DNA of 64,000 nucleotides from Eledone cirrhosa (taxonomy: Eukaryota): assembly GCA_964016885.1 (NCBI GenBank), contig OZ024744.1, positions 21,266,001-21,330,000 on the forward strand. The letters run 5' to 3'. The notes below the pieces were generated by a model. The model ran no database searches. It had not been told where the DNA came from and saw nothing but the letters and a program-made list of their open reading frames with translations. Positions 54,001-64,000 of this stretch are shown here, in pieces; the stretch's first letter is position 1, and each line of letters opens with the position of its first letter. The translations under genes and the position numbers were made by a program.

Positions 54001-57000
54001 CAATTATTGTTGCTCTCCTCTTCAATTACTGTTGCTCTCCTCTTCAATTACTGTTGCTCTCTTGTACAGTTACTCTTGCTCTCCTCGTTCAATTACTGTT
54101 GCTCTCCTGTTTCAATTACTGTTGCTCTCCTCGTTCAATTACTGTTGCTCTCCTCTTCAATTATTGTTGCTCTCCTCGTTCAATTACTGTTGCTCTCCTC
54201 TTCAATTACTATTTCTCCTCTTTCAATTACTGTTGCTCTCCTCGTTCAATTCCTGTTGCTCTCCTCGTTCAATTACTGTTGCTCTCCTCGTCAATTACTG
54301 TTGCTCTTCTCGTTCAATTACTGTTGCTCTCCTCTTCAATTACTATTCTCTCCTCTTTCGAATTACTGTTGCTCTCCTCTTTCAATTACTGTTGCTATCC
54401 TCGTTCAATTACTGTTGCTCTCCTTGTTCAATTACTGTTGCTCTTCCCTTCAATTACTGTTGTTCTCCTCGTTCAATTACTGTTGCCCTCCTCTTCAATT
54501 ACTGTTGCTCTCCTCTTCAAATACTGTTGCTCTCCTCTTCAATTACTGTTGCTCTCCTCGTTCAATTACTGTTGCTCTCCGCTTTCAATTACTGTTGCTC
54601 CCCTCTTCAATTGCTGTTGCTCTCCTCTTTCAATTACTGTTGCTCTCCTCTTTCAATACTGTTGACCTCCTCTTCAATTACTGTTGCTCTCCTCTTCAAT
54701 TATTGTTGCTCTCATCTTCAATTAATGTTGCTCTCCTCTTCAATTACTGTTGCTCTCCTCTTCAATTACTGTTGCTCTCCTCTTCAATTAATGTTGCTCT
54801 CCTCTTTCAATTACTGTTGCTCTCCTCGTTCAATTACTGTTGCTCTCCTCTTCAATTACTGTTGCTCTCCTCGTTCAATTACTGTTGCTCTCCTCGTTCA
54901 ATTACTGTTGCTCTCCTCTTCAATTACTATTTCTCTCATCATTCAATTACTGTTGCTCTCCTCGTTCAATTACTGTTGCTCTCCTCGTTCAATTACTTAT
55001 GCTCCTCTCATCAATTACTGTTGCTCTCCTCGTTCAATTACTGTTGCTCTTCTCTTCAATTACTGTTGTTCTCCTCGTTCAATTACTGTTGCTCTCCTCT
55101 TTCAATTACTGTTGCTCTCCTCGTTCAATTACTGTTGCTCTCCTTGTTCAATTACTGTTGCTCTTCCCTTCAATTACTGTTGTTCTCCCCGTTCAATTAC
55201 TGTTGCTCTCCTCTTCAATTAATGTCGCTCTCCACTTCAATTACTGTCGCTCTCCTCCTCAATTACTCTTGCACTCCTCTTTCAATTACTGTCGCCCTCC
55301 TCTTCAATTACTGTTGCTCTCCACTTCAATTACTGTTGCTTTCCACTTCAATTACTGTTTTCTACTCTTCAATGATTGTTGCTCTCATCTTTCAATTACT
55401 GTTGCTCTCATCTTTCAATTACTGTTGCTCTCTTTTTCAATTACTGTTGCTCTCCTCTTTATTTACTGTTGCTCTCCTCTTCCACTACTATTGCTCCCCT
55501 CTTCCATTACTGTTGCTCTCCTCTCCCATTACTGATTCTCCCCTCTTTCAATTACTGTTGCTCTCCTCTTCAATTACTGTTGCGCTCCTATTCAATTACT
55601 GTTGCTCCACTCTTCAAATAATGTTTCTCTCCTCTTTCAATTACTGTTGCTCTCCTCTTCAATTATTGTAGCTTTCCTCTTTCAATTACTGTTGCTCTCC
55701 TCTTTCAATTACTGGTGCTCTCCTCTTCAATCACCTTTGCTCTCCTCGTTCAATTACTGCTGCTCTCCTCCGCAATTGCTTTTGCTCCCCTCTTCAATTG
55801 CTGTTGCTCTGCTCTTTCAATTACTGTTGCTCTCCTCGTTCAATTACTGTTGCTCTCCTCTTCAATTACTATTTCTCTCCTCTTTCAATTACTGTTGCTC
55901 TCCTCGTTCAATTACTGTTGCTCTCCTCTTCAATTACAATTCTCTCCTCTTTCAATTATTGTTGCTCTCCTCTTCAATTACTGTTGCTCTCCTCTTCAAT
56001 TACTGTTGCTCTCTTGTACAGTTACTCTTGCTCTCCTCGTTCAATTACTGTTGCTCTCCTCTTTCAATTACTGTTGCTCTCCTCGTTCAATTACTGTTGC
56101 TCTCCTCTTCAATTATTGTTGCTCTCCTCGTTCAATTACTGTTGCTCTCCTCGTTCAATTACTGTTGCTCTCCTCTTCAATTACTATTTCTCCTCTTTCA
56201 ATTACTGTTGCTCTCCTCGTTCAATTCCTGTTGCTCTCCTCGTTCAATTACTGTTGCTCTCCTCGTCAATTACTGTTGCTCTTCTCGTTCAATTACTGTT
56301 GCTCTCCTCTTCAATTACTATTCTCTCCTCTTTCGAATTACTGTTGCTCTCCTCTTTCAATTACTGTTGCTATCCTCGTTCAATTACTGTTGCTCTCCTT
56401 GTTCAATTACTGTTGCTCTTCCCTTCAATTACTGTTGTTCTCATCGTTCAATTACTGTTGCTCTCCTCTTCAATTACTCTTGCTCTCCTCTTCAATTACT
56501 GTTGCTCTCCTCTTCAAATAATGTTGCTCTCCTCTTCAATTACTGTTGCTCTCCTCGTTCAATTACTGTTGCTCTTCGCTTTCAATTACTGTTGCTCCCC
56601 TCTTCAATTGCTGTTGCTCTCCTCTTTCAATTACTGTTGCTCTCCTCTTTCAATTACTGTTGCCCTCCTCTTCAATTACTATTTCTCTCCTCTTTCATAT
56701 ACTGTTGCTCTCCTCTTCAATTACTGTTGCTCTCCTCTTCAATTACTGTTGCTCTCCTCGTTCAATTACTGTTGCTCTCCTCCTCAATTACTATTCTCTC
56801 CTCTTTCAATTACTGTTGTACTCCTCTTTCAATTAATGTTGCTCTCCTCGGTCAATTACTGTTGCTCTCCTCTTCAATTACTGTTGCTCTCCTCTTCAAT
56901 TACTGTTGCTCTCCTCGTTCAATTACTGTTGCTCTCCTCCTCAATTACTGTTGCTCTCCTCTTCAATTATTGTTGCTCTCCTCTTCAATTAATGTTGCTC

Positions 57001-60000
57001 TCCTCTTCAATTACTGTTGCTCTTCTCTTCAATTACTGTTGCACTCCTCTTCAATTAATGTTGCTCTCCTCTTTCATTTACTGTTGCTCTCCTCGTTCAA
57101 TTACTGTTGCTCTCCTCTTCAATTACTGTTGCTCTCCTCGTTCAATTACTGTTGCTCTCCTCGTTCAATTACTGTTGCTCTCCTCTTCAATTACTATTTC
57201 TCTCCTCTTTCAATTACTGTTGCTCTCCTCGTTCAATTACTGTTGCTCTCCTTGTTCAATTACTTATGCTCTTCTCATCAATTACTGTTGCTCTCCTCGT
57301 TCAATTACTGTTGCTCTCCTCTTCAATTACTGTTGTTCTCCTCGTTCAATTACTGTTGCTCTCCTTGTTCAATTACTGTTGCTCTACCCTTCAATTACTG
57401 TTGTTCTCCTCGTTCAATTACTGTTGCTTTCCACTTCAATTACTGTTTTCTACTCTTCAATTATTGTTGCTCTCATCTTTCAATTACTGTTGCTCTCATC
57501 TTTCAATTACTGTTGCTCTCTTATTTCAATTACTGTTGCTCTCCTCTTTATTTACTGTTCCTCTCCTCTTCCACTACTATTGCTCCCCTCTTCCATTACT
57601 GTTGCTCTCCTCTCCCATTACTGATTCTCTCCTCTTTCAATTACTGTTGCTCTCCTCTTTCAATTACTGTTGCTCTCCTCGTTCAATTACTGTTGCTCTC
57701 CTTGTTCAATTACTGTTGCTCTTCCCTTCAATTACTGTTGTTCTCCTCGTTCAATTACTGTTGCTCTCCTCTTCAATTACTGTTGCTCTCCTCTTCAATT
57801 ACTGTTGCTCTCCTCTTCAATTACTGTTGCTCTCCTCGTTCAATTACTGTTGCTCTCATCCTCAATTACTGTTGCTCCCCTCTTCAATTGCTGTTGCTCT
57901 CCTCTTTCAATTACTGTTGCTCTCCTCTTTCAATTACTGTTGCCCTCCTCTTCAATTACTATTTCTCTCCTCTTTCATATACTGCTGCTCTCCTCTTCAA
58001 TTACTGTTGCTCTCCTCTTCAATTACTGTTGCTCTCCTCGTTCAATTAATGTTGCTCTCCTCCTCAATTACTATTCTCTCCTCTTTCAATTACTGTTGCT
58101 CTCCTCTTTCAATTAATGTTGCTCTCCTCGTTCAATTACTGTTGCTCTCCTCGTTCAATTACTGTTGCTCTTCTCGTTCAATTACTGTTGCTCTTCCCTT
58201 CAATTACTGTTTTTCTCCTCGTTCAATTACTGTTGCTCTTCTCTTCAATTACTGTTGCTCTCCTCTTCAATTACTGTTGCTCTCCTCGTTCAATTACTGT
58301 TGCTCTCCTCCTCAATTACTGTTGCTCTCCTCTTCAATTATTGTTGCTCTCATCTTCAATTAATGTTGCTCTCCTCTTCAATTACTGTTGCTCTCCTCTT
58401 CAATTACTGTTGCTCTCCTCTTCAATTAATGTTGCTCTCCTCTTTCAATTACTGTTGCTCTCCTCTTTCAATTACTGTTGCTCTCCTCTTCAATTACTGT
58501 TGCTCTCTTGTACAGTTACTCTTGCTCTCCTCGTTCAATTACTGTTGCTCTCCTTTTCAATTACAATTCTCTCCTCTTTCAATTATTGTTGCTCTACTCT
58601 TCAATTACTGTTGCTCTCCTCTTCAATTACTGTTGCTCTCTTGTACAGTTACTCTTGCTCTCCTCGTTCAATTACTGTTGCTCTCCTCTTTCAATTACTG
58701 TTGCTCTCCTCGTTCAATTACTGTTGCTCTCCTCTTCAATTATTGTTGCTCTCCTCGTTCAATTACTGTTGCTCTCCTCTTCAATTACTATTTCTCCTCT
58801 TTCAATTACTGTTGCTCTCCTCGTTCAATTCCTGTTGCTCTCCTCGTTCAATTACTGTTGCTCTCCTCGTCAATTACTGTTGCTCTTCTCGTTCAATTAC
58901 TGTTGCTCTCCTCTTCAATTACTATTCTCTCCTCTTTCGAATTACTGTTGCTCTCCTCTTTCAATTACTGTTGCTATTCTCGTTCAATTACTGTTGCTCT
59001 CCTTGTTCAATTACTGTTGCTCTTCCCTTCAATTACTGTTGTTCTCCTCGTTCAATTACTGTTGCTCTCCTCTTCAATTACTGTTGCTCTCCTCTTCAAT
59101 TACTGTTGCTCTCCTCTTCAAATACTGTTGCTCTCCTCTTCAATTACTGTTGCTCTCCTCGTTCAATTACTGTTGCTCTCCGCTTTCAATTACTGTTGCT
59201 CCCCTCTTCAATTGCTGTTGCTCTCCTCTTTCAATTACTGTTGCTCTCCTCTTTCAATTACTGTTGACCTCCTCTTCAATTACTGTTGCTCTCCTCTTCA
59301 ATTATTGTTGCTCTCATCTTCAATTAATGTTGCTCTCCTCTTCAATTACTGTTGCTCTCCTCTTCAATTACTGTTGCTCTCCTCTTCAATTAATGTTGCT
59401 CTCCTCTTTCAATTACTGTTGCTCTCCTCGTTCAATTACTGTTGCTCTCCTCTTCAATTACTGTTGCTCTCCTCGTTCAATTACTGTTGCTCTCCTCGTT
59501 CAATTACTGTTGCTCTCCTCTTCAATTACTATTTCTCTCATCATTCAATTACTGTTGCTCTCCTCGTTCAATTACTGTTGTTCTCCTCGTTCAATTACTT
59601 ATGCTCCTCTCATCAATTACTGTTGCTCTCCTCGTTCAATTACTGTTGCTCTTCTCTTCAATTACTGTTGTTCTCCTCGTTCAATTACTGTTGCTCTCCT
59701 CTTTCAATTACTGTTGCTCTCCTCGTTCAATTACTGTTGCTCTCCTTGTTCAATTACTGTTGCTCTTCCCTTCAATTACTGTTGTTCTCCCCGTTCAATT
59801 ACTGTTGCTCTCCTCTTCAATTAATGTCGCTCTCCACTTCAATTACTGTCGCTCTCCTCCTCAATTACTCTTGCACTCCTCTTTCAATTACTGTCGCCCT
59901 CCTCTTCAATTACTGTTGCTCTCCACTTCAATTACTGTTGCTTTCCACTTCAATTACTGTTTTCTACTCTTCAATGATTGTTGCTCTCATCTTTCAATTA

Positions 60001-63000
60001 CTGTTGCTCTCATCTTTCAATTACTGTTGCTCTCTTTTTCAATTGCTGTTGCTCTCCTCTTTATTTACTGTTGCTCTCCTCTTCCACTACTATTGCTCCC
60101 CTCTTCCATTACTGTTGCTCTCCTCTCCCATTACTGATTCTCCCCTCTTTCAATTACTGTTGCTCTCCTCTTCAATTACTGTTGCGCTCCTATTCAATTA
60201 CTGTTGCTCCACTCTTCAAATAATGTTTCTCTCCTCTTTCAATTATTGTTGCTCTCCTCTTCAATTACTGTAGCTTTCCTCTTTCAATTACTGTTGCTCT
60301 CCTCTTTCAATTACTGGTGCTCTCCTCTTCAATCACTGTTGCTCTCCTCGTTCAATTACTGCTGCTCTCCTCCGCAATTGCTTTTGCTCCCCTCTTCAAT
60401 TGCTGTTGCTCTGCTCTTTCAATTACTGTTGCTCTCCTCGTTCAATTACTGTTGCTCTCCTCTTCAATTACTATTTCTCTCCTCTTTCAATTACTGTTGC
60501 TCTCCTCGTTCAATTACTGTTGCTCTCCTCTTCAATTACAATTCTCTCCTCTTTCAATTATTGTTGCTCTCCTCTTCAATTACTGTTGCTCTCCTCTTCA
60601 ATTACTGTTGCTCTCTTGTACAGTTACTCTTGCTCTCCTCGTTCAATTACTGTTGCTCTCCTCTTTCAATTACTGTTGCTCTCCTCGTTCAATTACTGTT
60701 GCTCTCCTCTTCAATTACTATTTCTCCTCTTTCAATTACTGTTGCTCTCCTCGTTCAATTCCTGTTGCTCTCCTCGTTCAATTACTGTTGCTCTCCTCGT
60801 CAATTACTGTTGCTCTTCTCGTTCAATTACTGTTGCTCTCCTCTTCAATTACTATTCTCTCCTCTTTCGAATTACTGTTGCTCTCCTCTTTCAATTACTG
60901 TTGCTATCCTCGTTCAATTACTGTTGCTCTCCTTGTTCAATTACTGTTGCTCTTCCCTTCAATTACTGTTGTTCTCATCGTTCAATTACTGTTGCTCTCC
61001 TCTTCAATTACTCTTGCTCTCCTCTTCAATTACTCTTGCTCTCCTCTTCAAATAATGTTGCTCTCCTCTTCAATTACTGTTGCTCTCCTCGTTCAATTAC
61101 TGTTGCTCTCCGCTTTCAATTACTGTTGCTCCCCTCTTCAATTGCTGTTGCTCTCCTCTTTCAATTACTGTTGCTCTCCTCTTTCAATTACTGTTGCCCT
61201 TCTCTTCAATTACTATTTCTCTCCTCTTTCATATACTGTTGCTCTCCTCTTCAATTACTGTTGCTCTCCTCTTCAATTACTGTTGCTCTCCTCGTTCAAT
61301 TACTGTTGCTCTCCTCCTCAATTACTATTCTCTCCTCTTTCAATTACTGTTGTTCTCCTCTTTCAATTAATGTTGCTCTCCTCGGTCAATTACTGTTGCT
61401 CTCCTCGTTCAATTACTGTTGCTCTTCTCGTTCAATTACTCTTGCTCTTCCCTTCAATTACTGTTTTTCTCCTCGTTCAATTACTGTTGCTCTCCTCTTC
61501 AATTACTGTTGCTCTCCTCTTCAATTACTGTTGCTCTCCTCGTTCAATTACTGTTGCTCTCCTCCTCAATTACTGTTGCTCTCCTCTTCAATTATTGTTG
61601 CTCTCCTCTTCAATTAATGTTGCTCTCCTCTTCAATTACTGTTGCTCTCCTCTTCAATTACTGTTGCTCTCCTCTTCAATTAATGTTGCTCTCCTCTTTC
61701 ATTTACTGTTGCTCTCCTCGTTCAATTACTGTTGCTCTCCTCTTCAATTACTGTTGCTCTCCTCGTTCAATTACTGTTGCTCTCCTCGTTCAATTACTGT
61801 TGCTCTCCTCTTCAATTACTATTTCTCTCCTCTTTCAATTACTGTTGCTCTCCTCGTTCAATTACTGTTGCTCTCCTCGTTCAATTACTTATGCTCTTCT
61901 CATCAATTACTGTTGCTCTCCTCGTTCAATTACTGTTGCTCTCCTCTTCAATTACTGTTGTTCTCCTCGTTCAATTACTGTTGCTCTCCTCGTTCAATTA
62001 CTGTTGCTTTCCACTTCAATTACTGTTTTCTACTCTTCAATTATTGTTGCTCTCATCTTTCAATTACTGTTGCTCTCATCTTTCAATTACTGTTGCTCTC
62101 TTATTTCAATTACTGTTGCTCTCCTCTTTATTTACTGTTCCTCTCCTCTTCCACTACTATTGCTCCCCTCTTCCATTACTGTTGCTCTCCTCTCCCATTA
62201 CTGATTCTCTCCTCTTTCAATTACTGTTGCTCTCCTCTTTCAATTACTGTTGCTCTCCTCGTTCAATTACTGTTGCTCTCCTTGTTCAATTACTGTTGCT
62301 CTTCCCTTCAATTACTGTTGTTCTCCTCGTTCAATTACTGTTGCTCTCCTCTTCAATTACTGTTGCTCTCCTCTTCAATTACTGTTGCTCTCCTCTTCAA
62401 TTACTGTTGCTCTCCTCGTTCAATTACTGTTGCTCTCAACCTCAATTACTGTTGCTCCCCTCTTCAATTGCTGTTGCTCTCCTCTTTCAATTACTGTTGC
62501 TCTCCTCTTTCAATTACTGTTGCCCTCCTCTTCAATTACTATTTCTCTCCTCTTTCATATACTGCTGCTCTCCTCTTCAATTACTGTTGCTCTCCACTTC
62601 AATTACTGTTGCTCTCCTCGTTCAATTAATGTTGCTCTCCTCCTCAATTACTATTCTCTCCTCTTTCAATTACTGTTGCTCTCCTCTTTCAATTAATGTT
62701 GCTCTCCTCGTTCAATTACTGTTGCTCTCCTCGTTCAATTACTGTTGCTCTTCTCGTTCAATTACTGTTGCTCTTCTCTTCAATTACTGTTGCTCTCCTC
62801 TTCAATTACTGTTGCTCTCCTCGTTCAATTACTGTTGCTCTCCTCCTCAATTACTGTTGCTCTCCTCTTCAATTATTGTTGCTCTCATCTTCAATTAATG
62901 TTGCTCTCCTCTTCAATTACTGTTGCTCTCCTCTTCAATTACTGTTGCTCTCCTCTTTCAATTACTGTTGCTCTCCTCTTTCAATTACTGTTGCTCTCCT

Positions 63001-64000
63001 CTTCAATTACTGTTGCTCTCTTGTACAGTTACTCTTGCTCTCCTCGTTCAATTACTGTTGCTCTCCTCTTCAATTACTATTTCTCTCCTCTTTCAATTAC
63101 TGTTGCTCTCCTCGTTCAATTACTGTTGCTCTCCTCTTCAATTACTGTTGCTCTCCTCTTCAATTAATGTTGCTCTCCTCTTTCAATTACTGTAGCTCTC
63201 CTCGTTCAATTACTGTTGCTCTCCTCTTCAATTACTGTTGCTCTCCTCGTTCAATTACTGTTGCTCTCCTCGTTCAATTACTGTTGCTCTCCTCTTCAAT
63301 TACTATTTCTCTCCTCTTTCAATTACTGTTGCTCTCCTCGTTCAATTACTGTTGCTCTCCTCGTTCAATTACTTATGCTCTTCTCATCAATTACTGTTGC
63401 TCTCCTCGTTCAATTACTGTTGCTCTCCTCTTCAATTACTGTTGTTCTCCTCGTTCAATTACTGTTGCTCTCCTCTTTCAATTACTGTTGCTCTCCTCGT
63501 TCAATTACTGTTGCTCTCCTTGTTCAATTACTGTTGCTCTTCCCTTCAATTACTGTTGTTCTCCTCGTTCAATTACTGTTGCTTTCCACTTCAATTACTG
63601 TTTTCTACTCTTCAATTATTGTTGCTCTCATCTTTCAATTACTGTTGCTCTCATCTTTCAATTACTGTTGCTCTCTTATTTCAATTACTGTTGCTCTCCT
63701 CTTTATTTACTGTTGCTCTCCTCTTCCACTACTATTGCTCCCCTCTTCCATTACTGTTGCTCTCCTCTCCCATTACTGATTCTCTCCTCTTTCAATTACT
63801 GTTGCTCTCCTCTTTCAATTACTGTTGCTCTCCTCGTTCAATTACTGTTGCTCTCCTTGTTCAATTACTGTTGCTCTTCCCTTCAATTACTGTTGTTCTC
63901 CTCGTTCAATTACTGTTGCTCTCCTCTTCAATTACTGTTGCTCTTCTCTTCAATTACTGTTGCTCTCCTCTTCAATTACTGTTGCTCTCCTCGTTCAATT
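21025..64000 (+). repeat. Satellite DNA array, 22-bp monomer TTCAATTACTGTTGCTCTCCTC with 21/23-bp variants, roughly 1,900 units, running off the window end
   Basis: Continuous head-to-tail units in one orientation; no inversion or foreign insertion seen; 17 of 22 bases are pyrimidines on the + strand. Confidence 0.99.

Noticed and set aside
20936-63779. Long Leu/Ser/Cys-rich ORFs (up to 1522 aa) as membrane-protein genes
   Set aside because: They are translations of the 22-bp satellite, overlap in all three frames, and variants do not preserve frame.
21025-64000. CRISPR array or telomere repeat
   Set aside because: No unique spacers, no cas genes, eukaryotic context; the monomer is unrelated to TTAGGG.

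Overview
Eukaryotic, repeat-dominated, gene-free DNA. The tRNA-SINE families, RTE LINE tails and very long (AT)n tracts resemble an octopus/coleoid cephalopod genome (inference from recalled repeat motifs, not a database search). Bases 1-21,000 are a mosaic of microsatellites and transposon debris: about 12 SINE copies, three RTE-clade LINE 3' ends, two CRE-clade 3' ends, a hAT-like relic with a nested SINE and Helitron, and a four-copy short element with a conserved structured 5' core. Penelope-like inverted-repeat remnants carry four type-I minimal hammerhead ribozyme motifs of two families (1979-2021 -, 8002-8066 -, 8335-8399 +, 9740-9782 -). Bases 21,025-64,000 are one uninterrupted, 43-kb-plus satellite of the 22-bp monomer TTCAATTACTGTTGCTCTCCTC (21-23-bp variants). 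It has a homogeneous edge, two variant-defined sub-domains meeting near 45.0 kb, and kb-scale block duplications. The long ORFs in the track are artefacts of microsatellites or of the stop-free satellite strand; no host gene is supported.
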